Below are positions 52,001 through 64,000 of a DNA stretch of 64,000 bases, piece after piece. The DNA comes from Daphnia carinata (taxonomy: Eukaryota): NCBI RefSeq assembly GCF_022539665.2, contig NC_081333.1, positions 3,782,001-3,846,000 of the forward strand. The letters are read 5' to 3'. The notes below the pieces were generated by a model that saw only the letters and a program-made list of their open reading frames with translations, was not told the origin of the DNA and ran no database searches. Within the stretch, counting starts at the first letter, position 1, and every line of letters starts with the position of its first letter. Made by a program: the position numbers and the translations under genes.

Positions 52001-52555
52001 TTTTACAGCTAAGACTTATACGAAAGGTTTAAGCAGATCACGTATGCCTAACGAGTATGCACACGAAGAGTATTACACATGTGCTATAAGAAGAACATAC
52101 CTTTGATGAAAGCGACGGCCTGTTCGAGTCCGTACGTGTCCTTGTCGCAATCGTCGAGGATGTGAGCTCCGATGGTGAAGCCGGCCGTGCTGGACAGGAT
52201 CGGATTGATTTGATCGATGGTGAACAACATCGTCTCCAAGGCCTTTCCAATATTTTTTATTTCCACAACCCACCGTTTGCAATCAATTTTCTTTTCCGAT
52301 AACTCGTGAATGAAAATGTGTTACCTGAATGCCACCTTGCGGCATGACAGGTCCGCAGGTGATGTCATCTTGTCTTTCGTGGATCATCATGAGACCCCCG
52401 AGAATGAGATCGCCTTCCACTTCAGACGCTTTTTTCGTTGGCCAAGTGAAATTGAACGGTGGTCTCGAGTTTGACGTCTGATGAAGCCGGCCAATGACTA
52501 GCAAAGGCATCGCTAACACAATCGTCCAACAGAAGCACCAGTTGTGATGCGACAT
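43061..52555 (-). CDS. mtt: Class C GPCR, mXR/mangetout-like receptor, copy C (~977 aa, 17 coding exons)
   Basis: Exons: 52555-52325, 52242-52101, 51516-51362, 51234-51064, 49864-49468, 49377-49316, 49233-49121, 48495-48389, 48236-48087, 46641-46505, 46280-46110, 46032-45714, 44158-44043, 43972-43818, 43696-43561, 43500-43413, 43344-43061 (2934 nt). All GT-AG, frame continuous, same domain motifs as A and B, ends AVRHVSL. Confidence 0.9.
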
Positions 52556-55215
52556 TCTTAATTTCCTGATTTGTTTTTCGCCCTCGTTATCTGATCAAGG
52601 CGTCACACGTCTGCCACGTTGTCGTTCGTCTGTGTTTTTCTCGTTGTTTCCAGCTGACGAAATAACGGGCTGATTATAAAACTTGCGCTCGTTCGTTCTT
52701 TTTTTTTCCCTTTTCAAGTTTTGATCCAGCAACAACCAAAAGAGAGGGGGCGGCTTGCTCATTTAATCCTGTTATACATAGGGACAGAAAACAAGTTAGT
52801 ATACAAACAAGCCAAGGGAAAGCAAACGATAATCGACACACGCACGCTATGTATAGAGTCTTAACCTTTATCGCATAGGACCCATACCCTTAGACGATTT
52901 ATTTTTTTATGACGAAAAAAAAAATCGAACCGTGCAAACCCATAATAGCTGAAAGTTTTGATATACATATACGCACACAGCTTAATCGATAAATTCTTTT
53001 TAAAATAACGCAACCCTAACAACCCAGTCCCTCTCTGCTCCTAATTACGTGACGTGTTTGATTTTAAGAAACGAAATGGATGTCAACAGTCAAGTGGATA
53101 GCGAAGACGTGCATAACTAAAAAAAACAGGCAAAGAAGAAGAATGAATAATTAGTAATTCTTAATGAATTCAACAAGTGCATAGGTCTGGGTGGAGGGAG
53201 CTACGTATATTGGCCAAATTAAATTCACGTGAACATTCTCTTGCCTTTTCTTTAGATGTCTGATTTCGCCATTTGGTGTTTGGCAGGACCTCATAAAAAG
53301 CGTGCGAAAAGAAATAGGAAAGGAGGGAGGGGGTAGGAAACAAAAAAGCAGGAGGAAGCGAAGTGTGTCAGGAAATGAAGGACAGATATTTCCTTTTCCT
53401 ACGCCGGCAATAAGGTGACACTGGGGGCGTAGGGGAAGATTCTTAGATTACATTTCGTGCCTTATTTTTTTTCTTTTTCTTTTTTGAGTCGACACTCATC
53501 ACCATAAGAGATGGGAACGACATCAGCTGGCGTCATCTGTGGTTGGATATTGTATGGCGAAACGAAATTTGCATAACGACCGGATCAATTCGACCCCTTT
53601 GTTTTCCATTATATTTGCATATCACGCGATCACGCCAGTCTGTTATCCCAGTTGAACTGGTCTACGTAAACTAATTTCTGTGCCATTTAATTAACTTCAA
53701 GGTTCTCCATAGTTCTAAGCTAAACTAATTCAATATACAAAACAGAAATAAATAATGACGAGATGCACAAGTTTTCTATAACACAACAACTAGTACGTTT
53801 CAAAAAAATTCCAGCTTTATAGCCAAAAGCAATGGTTTCTTTTATGCCAATTCTACTCAACAACCCTGTGGCCTGTACGTCTGTCTCAACGTGCCAACCG
53901 ACCTTCCGCCACTTATCAAATATTTATATAGGAAATAGCATTAAAGCCGTTGGCACATATACACGGGTTTCAGTGTGCTCTGCCGATGAACAAATGATGT
54001 CGTACGATTTGCCACTGGCCAAACGCAAAAGTATATAGACGTCGTCGTATAGAGTTGAAGAGCTTCTATATATATATATATCGATCGTTTTTTTTTGCTC
54101 TTGTATATGCGCAATACCAGATGCTCACGGATATATTTTGCCTATTATGTTTGTTGAACAAGATTCGTCCGCCCTGCCACTTATGTACACGATACAGTCA
54201 AGTGCGTTCCTTCGATCTAGATGCTGGGGTGGCCCGTGGCTATTGATATATAAATATATCTCTGTAAAGATAAACAAATACGAATCTATGCGGATGTGTT
54301 GCACCGCGTTCGTATGCTTTTCACAGGCTGAGTTGGCGTTACGTAATCTAATCCAGCCCGCACATGTAAGAAAAATAGTTGTCGTTATGCTGTGTGGGTG
54401 ACATAACTACTTCCATTTTGTTCAACAATGTGAAAATGTAGCGAGCGTATGCATACGAATGCATTCATATTACAATATGAATATTGCATGATGCTCTAGT
54501 ACAAATAAAAGCTCAAGGGTTGTGTCGTGATCGTCCAGCGTGAGTTCCGTCGGGGATAGGACCTGTCACATTACGATTGCTGATACTATACGTACTTCCA
54601 CTTGACAGTGTCCTTTTTTTTCTCCCTTTTCTTCTATGTAACTCTTAATTCTAACTCTTAATTCTTCCCCCTTTTTTAGGCTGTAGGTAAATGCGCATCG
54701 TTTTCTTCTATAGCACAAAGAGAAAAGCCTACTACGTAACACATAAATTTGAAGCACAACAGACGATAAAATAATGCAAGCTATCCTCTCTGCCCCAGCC
54801 CTTCCAAGAAGAATGCATATACGTATGGCGTAATATGTAACTCCCAAGAATTTTGTTTGATCTTTTAACAGTGCTGTGAATTTTCTTCTCTATCCACTTT
54901 TATCTCACGCGTTACGTCTGAGCAGAAAGCTGTGCATCTGAAAACCTTATATATATATACAGTATATATATATACATATATATATATGTATATGCGTATA
55001 CAAAAAGAATCTTATGTACGCAGGTATCGCTATGCACTATACAGCTTTTGTCTATATACTGGCGACCGATATATATATATGTACACACACAGGGTATGGG
55101 TGTGTGTGAGCGAAGACATCACCGAGGGAATAACCATCACATTACCATATATTGGGATAGCGCTCCTGGTATATAAAACGGGGTAATACTGCGTCGCTGT
55201 TGTGGAGTCCACAGT

Positions 55216-55270
55216 AAAAAAAAAAAAAAAAAAAAAAAAAAGAAAAAGAAAAAGAAAAAGAAAAAGAAAA
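55216..55270. repeat. Poly(A) run followed by (GAAAAA)n simple repeat
   Basis: About 26 A then gaaaaa x5. Confidence 0.85.
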
Positions 55271-58200
55271 GCGAGACGTTTTTACACACGTGTCGTCCTT
55301 TAAAAAAAAATAGATATCACTCTCTCTAGTCGTTATAGATATATCCTCTAGCAGAAATCAATTCAGCAGCTTTTTATTTATCCTTTTCATCCATCGTGTT
55401 TAAATTTCTTCAACAATTCAACTGTTTTATATTGGTTTTTCGAAAAGGGATCGATGCCCCGTTAAATCGTCAGTATAGCCGTGTACAGGGCTGCGAGAGT
55501 CGTCTGCTAGAACGGGTAGTATCGAACAGGCCGTTATTCCGTCACTTGATATTGGTGAACACGTATAAATGCGCGGCATTAATCTTGCAGTTTTTAATAT
55601 ATGTACATGTTAGAAGTATAGCGGCGTGTGAAATAGACCACGTGATTTGATTTGATAAAATGGCATTTTTTTTTAGTTTCCTGCTGGATTTGCCTGTAAG
55701 CTCTATATGAAATTTGAATATGATAGGACAGGCCGCTTTAAAGCTTACGCCAAACTGTTATGTATAACCTATGTATGAAGGGGGAAAAAAAGAGAAAATA
55801 ATTTATTTGGGCAAGACGATTTGCTTGTCCTGCAATTTATTGTGATATCACGAACAAGAACAAGAATGAAAATTCTTTTGTTGATTTCTATCGGAATGAT
55901 TTGAGGGCGAACGTCGGCTGCCCCCCCCCCCCCCCCCCCATGTTATTCGCGACCGTCTTTATCGCGGTATTACACCAACGTCCAACATAAAGAGAAATGT
56001 ATGCGTAAGCCTTCGTGTATAGTTTCTAGTGACGTTCGTAGGAAATTCGCTTGTCTGATGCCTATGAAGTTTACAAAACCTTCAGTTTTGGTTTCTACAC
56101 AGTTTTATACCCAAATAAACAAAACAAATTAACAAACAGATTCAGTAAAGCTTACTTTTTGCTTATAATATAAGAATGAAAACGTATTTTGAGCGTAATC
56201 AAAACACGTTCAACCTCTTGTTACGATGTACGTCCATCGTGCTATTGTTATTTAAACGCTGATGTACAGTACAGAGGGATGAAAAGGCATCGCACATTGT
56301 GTACGTAAACAACGGATTTCACGGACTTGCAGGTCTGCTTCAACGTATCGTCCACGCAAAACAAAAGATACCAAAGTTCAACGGTATAACAATTCTATTT
56401 GTTTCGCCTTTGTTGGTTTTTAAAAATTCACATTTGAGGAATCAGACTTTGGTACGATTACATACGCTTTGAAGAAGGTTACCGGGCAATAATGAGCGTA
56501 ACGACCCATGTGTTTTCGGGTTTATAAATATTCATTTCGCCAGCTTTATCATGCAGAACGAGCAGCTTTAAATACATCGAAAATGTGGGGGGAAATTTTG
56601 GTTAGTAAGACATGATAAATTTGGCATTATATACATCATCAGCTGTGTGGCGAGGAGTGCCCCTTTTATTAAACAATATACTAATTAAGCTATCCATCTT
56701 TCTGCTTTTCTTGCTTCGCAGACAATGCTGTGGCAGTTTGGATGGACTTTTTGTGATGAACCTTGTCACAACGCCATTGTGCATTACTAAACGAATGCGA
56801 TGGCTAAGTTATTCAACGTAAAACAATACCAACAGCTGATGTGTAACGCGTAGAAAATGTGTATGCAATTAAGCGATAAAGATGTAATAGAGTTAATAAA
56901 ACAATAGAGCGCGCTATTCAGTCGACTTTCTCACCACTGCAACAAAACATTATCATTTACAATTTTGATCGCGAATTTGGGGACTACTTAAGAAAGAAGC
57001 TAATCATTGCTTTGCTTTGCTTTGGATTGATTATGAAAAATAATGAAGCAATTTCTTCTTTCTCTAGGAACGATCTGCTGGAACAAACTCAACCGTGTCG
57101 ACATAAAAGAGATCGGGTATGACGATATATAGACGAAAGCGTCTTTAGGCTAATTCAGATGATCGTCATTTGTTTTTGTTTCCTAATAAATTAGAAAGAG
57201 TCTAGCAATCGGGCAACGCTGTTGGCACCTGGCCAAGGACCCTAATAAGACGCAGCACCTATTTAGATGTTGGTTTTATTGTTCTAGTTCCCGACGTGGA
57301 TGTTACAAGTTGTGTGAAATTTCCCAACCAATTGAACGAGTCGCAAAAAATGAGGTAATATATTATATCATTTCTTGGTGTTCGTGAAAGAGAAACAGTT
57401 ATTATGTAAAATAGTATGTCTCTTTTTATTGTTAGCTTATCCATTTGTTTTAGTTTGTCCTTCTATTTTTTACGTCAATCTAATTGTTGGGGAAGGGTTG
57501 GCTTTCCTAATGGCCAAAAGTCTACACTTTTATGGCGACGTTGTGAAGGTTAGACGAACACCGATGTAATACGAGGGTAGGGTAAGAAAACGAAAGCTTA
57601 TTTTGCTAACCCTGAGTGTCGGTGTCACATGTTCGTAGAATTTTTAGATGTACTCGTATCAGTTACAATTGTCAGTGGTGTCATTGTGTTTTACGATTCT
57701 TGTTATAAACATCGTGCATATCTTCCCTAATTCACTGTCACGTTTATTGTTACTATATTTTTACAAAGTCCATTTTCATTCCATCGGGGCAGATATTCTC
57801 CTACAATTTAAGGTTTCATTAGCCGATGTTGGCTGATAAGGCTTTCATTCATTTTGATTCGCTATATTGCATAGTCTAGCCGAAGTAGGCTACAGTAATC
57901 TCGATGCAAGAACGTTACTTAATTATGGGGCTAATGAATCGAGCGTTGCACTGGTTGCTATGGCTTGTATACGAGTCCAAAATAGACGTGTAGGAGTCGA
58001 TACCCAACTAATCGCCCCTACGTTTGCGTTTCGCAACAGGGGTTCAATTAAATAAGGGAAGTACCTCGCAAATATGCATCCCTAGTAAGGCTCATTTTCA
58101 ATGGAACTATTAATAGCTGACAACGAAACTTCCGTACACGTAAAAGCAGATGCAATCAGACAGAGCCGTTTCATTTTGCACTCGTCGTATCCAAAAGAAA

Positions 58201-61200
58201 AATGATTGCCTATATCAACGCCTTGCGAGCTATGTACCTTTACATAAATCCGTATTTATTCTTGGCTTGTTTCCCAGTTGGCAATCAGTGCTCCACAGTT
58301 AATGCAAAGACAACAGCCGAACGTATACTATGCAGACGAAAACAAACAAAAAGAAAATCACTATGCATGGTAATAGCTTATGTGCGTTGTCTAAGCTGTC
58401 GTGGTCATATCTCGATCCAGACAGCAAAGCTTGCTGGCTTTATGTATTCATGAAAGAGCACTATACAGAGCATCAAGAGGGACGGGTTAATAACTTTTTT
58501 TTTTCGCAGAGAAGCACATCGGCATCTTCTTGGCCGCAGCCAGCGCCGAAAGTCATTGGAAAGCAATGAAGCATCGCTAAGTCTCTCTTTATTATTATGC
58601 AATCTATATAAGTTATGTGGGCTGAGGATCATCAGCTGTTTTTTTCTTTTTTAAAAGACAAATGGGCAGAAATGTTTCTCTGTTTTTATTGTAAACTCAT
58701 TTCGTTTTTTGTTTGGCTTCGTGATGATCTCATCGAGAAAGGCAATCTCGTCTAATTGTTTGACGAATCAATCTTTGGTGACTTGAAACAAAGAAAAAAG
58801 CGACGCAATATAGTAAAGCGTGCAGCTGACGATGTGCCTTGTCTCGTTATTAATGGGCTTGGTGATATGTGCCATGTTTTAATTAATTAAATAACTGATG
58901 GGGTCCCTTTTATTTTTGTCGTTTTTGATAAAAGGAGATGACGTCATATTAACTTTAGCAATTCCCAACAAACAGAGAATGTTGCATGACAAAGTGTGTG
59001 TGTTTTTACTTATTCTGAAGCGAATTTATAGAACCTAAGGGACTTCAGATTTAGATAACGTCATGCTTTTTCTTTACTTTAGATTGGCCGTTCCTCATAT
59101 GGAAGGCATTCTTTCATGAAAAAAACGAAATGAGTCGCCAAACATTCTGTTGTTACAAGGGACTTGCAAAAAAAACATGGCACGTCACCTCGACTGAAAT
59201 TAAACAGGTAAAATCGCAAGACTAATTGACTCTTACCTAGAAATGCGTATATCAAAGTTGTTTCACGACACGCAACAACGTTATGCGCTCCATACAACTG
59301 CCCCCATACAAAATAGCATTCCTTTATGTAGTACACGCCTATATGTAACTTTCGAGAAGGGAAACAAAAAAAAAAAACAAAAGAACGTAAAAAAAAAAAA
59401 GTACAGGTACACGCACTAAGGTAAAAGCAATCGACTGGGAAGAAGGTCCTATACGCTTTTCGGGTTTAGTTCTTCACGTGTCGCATTCTTTTTTTTTTTT
59501 TTATTATTATTACTCTTCACATGTTTTCGTAGCGTGACAGTCACTCTGTTGTAGCCTCCCGCAAAGCAAAAAAGAATTAGCACGTCACGGTTGTTTTTTG
59601 TGTTTTTCAAAATAGACGTAAGACATGCCTTATTGTATGATGTAAGTTGATTGCGCAGCTACCCTTGGTCGAAATGTTTTCAGTTATAGTATCGTCGTTA
59701 TTTAAAAAAAAAAAATGATATTCTACGTGAAGCGAGCAACTCGATTAGTACACGACTGATTCGCCCACATGCAACGCAAACATCATCATTCAACAGCAAA
59801 TGGTGAAACGAACCCTGTCTCCGATGTCTTTTCGTTTCTGGGCTTTCTTCCAACGCCGGTCTAACTAATGTCGAGTACACCCAACTATATGTAAAAAAAA
59901 AAAAAAAAAAAAAAAAAAACGAATGATCCACGTTTTATTGAGATCAAATCTATTTTTTTCAAGGGACGAAATGTTTTGCTAGAATCATGTTTTTTTGTTT
60001 TTTTTTTAAACGAAGAATTTCGTTTGATATGAAGCCGGTGGAACGCAGTAGATTTATACGGTGATGGACTGTTTTGGATGCGCTTGATTGATGCGAGATT
60101 CTATATAGACTATATGAATCGATTTAAAACGGCCTGCCGATGGCAATTCCGGCACCGCCAGAGGGAGCGTGAATTAATGGAAGGGGGGAGAGAGCCTTGG
60201 TATCAGCCACACGTATATATATATATATACGCAGAAGAAGAGCACAATGAGGATCAACAACAGACTGATGGATGGGGACACGAGCAGCAAACAACAGCCG
60301 TAGGTCTTTGATAGCAAAAACTCTCCAAAACAGTTTCCAGTCTGTCGCCGCCTCTAGGCCTATCGTCTATATCAATCGTATTTACATATCAGAAAAAAAA
60401 CATAGCTCATCCACATTTCTGGCCATAAATCCAAGATGCGTTTTTAAAAAATCCAACGGATTCACGCCATAGGCTTAAAATCGCATAATAGAAATGGTAA
60501 TCATTTTCTGGTTGGGAATGTTGCATTTGAATTACCCGCAACTTGCACTTCAAGGCCAGTTGCATTGCGATTTTATTTTCACAAATTGTTGTTTGTGGTT
60601 GTCAATTTAAAAAATTTGATTAAAACGCAATGGATTCAGCGTCAAAGTAACACTAACTCATGTTTCGCGAGTCTACAGCATCATTCAACAGCATTTTTTT
60701 TTTCTTTTTTTTTTTTTTTTCTTCAAAATCACATTTATTATATTCGTGATATTCGTGAATAAGGAAACCCCCCCAAAAAATCCAACAGGAAAAGTATTGA
60801 ATTTCGTGAATTTTCATATTAGGTTCAGTTCGCTTTTACATTTAGCTGTGGGAAATTAGACGTGATTTTCACGGAAAATCCTTTTGTGTCCACCAGACTG
60901 AAAATTCGAAAAGAGTTGCCATGGTGATGGCATGTAACTGTGAACGTTTATTAGAGCGAACTACTATGCGGTCAGCAAAATAAGTTTACAGGTTCGTATT
61001 CAACTGCATCCCTACATAATTTAAAGAAACCCATACAAAATGTCTGCATTTACAATTGCGTCTAGCTATAGCGAAAATACGCGTATCATTTGAACTCTTG
61101 CCAAGGATTATCGTGAATTGATTCCATTTAGTTACGCAGATTGCCATCCTCACTCGTAAACGGAACAGTTTTGGACGAACGAAAACAAACAAAAGAACTT

Positions 61201-64000
61201 TATTGTGCAGCTCTTTTCCTAAAAATGCAAACTTCTCCCCATACAAAGGCACGGTTGACTAATTATATTTCGCAGTCTATACGTCTTAGTTAATTTGTTT
61301 GGCACCCAATAAATCCACTTGCATTTTTTGTTTTTGTTTTCGTTTTGACCTTAATAGTAAGAAGCTTTACGGATGTAAACCTGCGCCTTCGTTTAAACTA
61401 CACCTTGCATATTACAAGATTTTCAAATCTCGGAATTTTTTGTTAAACATAAGCAGTTGTACTTCAAGCATAAAGCACATCAGTCTTTATCACGTTTGAC
61501 ATTTTAGACTAAAATATTTCTGGAGTCAATTTCTGGTTAACCAACAGCTTGTGACTTTCATCAATTCTCATCCGAAGAAAGGGAGATAACGGGTATAAAG
61601 AACATCGCGATCCCCACTGGAGAAAAGAAAAATAAAGGCCACAAGCATTTCGTTTTCATACATGCAAAATAGATAATAGATTTTCTTTTTGGGGGGCCGC
61701 GTCCGTCAAACGATTATTCCCATCGGTGGCTTCTGTCTAACATCCATCCTATTTAATAATATTATTTTTTTTTTAATGTTTATTCTTGAGGAACTTACGT
61801 TCATAAGGACGATACACCGTCAGCAACCAGCAATTAAATTCAGTTTATCCGCACACTTTCCGCAAGTTCTAGTTGGCACTAAAGTTATGCATGTCGCGTG
61901 CACTGGACAGTTTGTGTCAGACGACAACACGGAGGAGATTGTCGAGTTGATAACGGATTGAAGAATCAACTAGAACTGGTCGGCTAGAAGCTACTACAGT
62001 TCGTTCCAGTATGTGTGTGACACGATGATCGTTTGCCGCTGATGCGCGTTCGTACACATTCCGTTCGGGACAGGAAAAAGGACAAGACTCGATTCCTGTT
62101 CTATACGGGCAGCAGTTTGAGTTGTATGAGGATAGGCGCCTGCGCTTCACCACAATTGGCTCGTAACCTGTCGGCAGAGTAAGTGCTGACAGATATTATT
62201 TCTTTTACTGACATCGTTATAATAATAATAACGAACACAGTGTCGGTGGAATCATCTCTTATGTTAACGCAGTCATTGTAATTCAAAAGCAACCTGACAC
62301 GAAGGTCTCATTTTACAATTTGTTCGTTAATTAGTTTTGTTCTTTGAAACTCTTATACAAGAGACCATAAATTTGATACATTTATCTTGTAAAGTTAAAA
62401 CTGGTTAAAATAATTTTGATTACTTGTTTGCAATAAATATCTCTGTTTAGACCTCACCTTCTACTAAGCTTGTTTCCCGCACTCGATAAACCGTGCCAAC
62501 GTCAACACACGTAAAATTTTTTTTCTTTCATTTGTAATTCGTCATTTGTCTGTCACGCATTTAGTGCTGGTGAGAAAAAAGTATTACTTGTTTTCTGGTT
62601 CTTATCTGTTTTTAGCAGGATCTGTCGAATACTTGATCATTGAATGTTACCTCATTATTAATGCAGACCTAAACCTGTAAGAAGGCTCGAACTGCCGTGC
62701 ACGTGTTTAGTCTCGCCAAAAGTTTTAGTAAAACAAAGTTTGTTTCTCGTCACGCTTGAGGAAGCAGAATTATTTGTTGATTTTCAAAGTTAATAGTACT
62801 GGCATTTCTTTTTATCCAAGGTTCAGCAGGTCCAGATAGACTGTTACTTTATTTGCCTCTTGGCTAAATCGTTGTGGTGGTTGCCAGTCCGAAGTAGTGT
62901 GAAGTTTATCATCAGGCCCTCTCTTCCTTACTTTTCCTATAGTCACCATATAGGGGTTTCTAATTATAGAAAAATGTAATATTGGGTGTTATCTTTACTG
63001 TGTCCCCTACAAAAGACGTTTTTAGTTCCAGTCTACGAAAAGGAAAAGGTATCCCTCTTCCATAGTGATGGATGCAGAAGTCTTCTATAGAGAATCTAAT
63101 GGCTAAGACAACATTTGCTGTAGCAACTACATGCAGCTTTCGAAAACTCAATCTATTTGAATACTATTGTATACTATCCTTGTCGTCAAAAGATTTGCAG
63201 ACTACACCCACCAGACATTTAACGTAATCTGGACCATTCCTTCTCTCTTTTTTTTTTCAGTGGGACAAACAGGAGATCAGTTGCTGCTAGGGGTCTTCAA
63301 TCCCAACGTAAGTCAACCCAACTCAACCACTTTACACAAATTAGACCTTTTGTTGGTTTTACAATCCCTCTGCTCTCTGCATGTCTGCGTGATGTGAAGC
63401 GCGACATGCAGTTTGTATACGACCTTCACCGCCTCTTGCCATAAATTTTTATTTTATTTTATTTTTTTTAACTTTTATCCTTATGGCGAAACCACACATC
63501 CGCGTTATGGCCCATCTCAAAGGCAAGCTTCCACTTTGATAGATTTCCCCTGGTGAACGTTCAAACTCTTTTCTTTTAGCTTCCTATCCTCACCATTGAA
63601 AATGTTTGTCGTAGTATCGTAAAAAAAATGAGAACTAAAAATTTGGCTTTCACCTTATTCGCATGACGTGAATTCAGATTTTCCCCCTCTTTTTTAATAT
63701 CCAAAGAGATCTAAACCCACGCACAATTTGCTTTTGGTTTCAAATGCCGTCCATTCTGACGGTCATAAACCATGTGACAAAGGTAGATATATATATTGTT
63801 GTTTTTTTTAACTTGGGCTGGAAAAATAGATATGCGTTTTGTTTTCTAAACACATTCCGTTTTTTTGCTGGGGATTTTGAATTCCGTGTAGCAACAAACA
63901 AACTCGTTTGCATTTATTCCGAAATGGTTTTGATATGCTTTATGATGCAAGAGTTTCTAGCTCTCCCAACATGTATTATATATTGACTTTCATTTAACAT

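Noticed and set aside
7511..52282. Many ORF-track entries antisense or off-frame to receptor exons (e.g. 11393-11707, 14637-14966, 18175-18540, 50983-51309), some recurring in all copies
   Set aside because: Shadows of the coding exons; recurrence follows from paralog nucleotide identity.
7517..52555. U12-type introns or intronic snoRNAs as the cause of conserved short introns
   Set aside because: No RTATCCTT donors, and no convincing C/D or H/ACA box pairs were found.
52771..64000. Short ORFs upstream of copy C (similarly 1400-7400 and 18600-27800)
   Set aside because: Low-complexity, Phe/Lys-rich translations of homopolymer DNA with no domains or consistent exon chains; treated as intergenic or 5'-UTR intron.
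1..64000. CRISPR arrays, rRNA, tRNA, prokaryotic operons
   Set aside because: No repeat-spacer arrays, cloverleafs or rRNA-like tracts seen; the sequence is spliceosomal-intron eukaryotic DNA.

Overview
Eukaryotic, intron-rich, homopolymer-rich DNA. The many 60-120-nt introns and the gene content suggest an arthropod, probably a Daphnia-like crustacean (inference). The window holds four things. (i) The last two coding exons of a Pax3/7 (paired/gooseberry-type) homeobox gene on +. (ii) A tandem array of three apparently intact 17-coding-exon class C GPCR genes on -, of the mXR/mangetout (mtt) branch of metabotropic glutamate receptor-like receptors: copy A 7517-18392, copy B 27892-35741, copy C 43061-52555. 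(iii) A two-exon gene for a 78-aa secreted Gly/His/Tyr-rich peptide between B and C. (iv) A MITE-like element and microsatellites. The array is the main interest. It shows patchwork gene conversion, ligand-pocket substitutions, loss of the C-terminal PDZ-type motif in copy B, and intronic RNA stems retained in all three paralogs, one pairing with exon 11 around an A-C mismatch (candidate A-to-I recoding site). Exon boundaries were derived by hand from GT-AG sites, frame continuity and paralog comparison; no searches were run.
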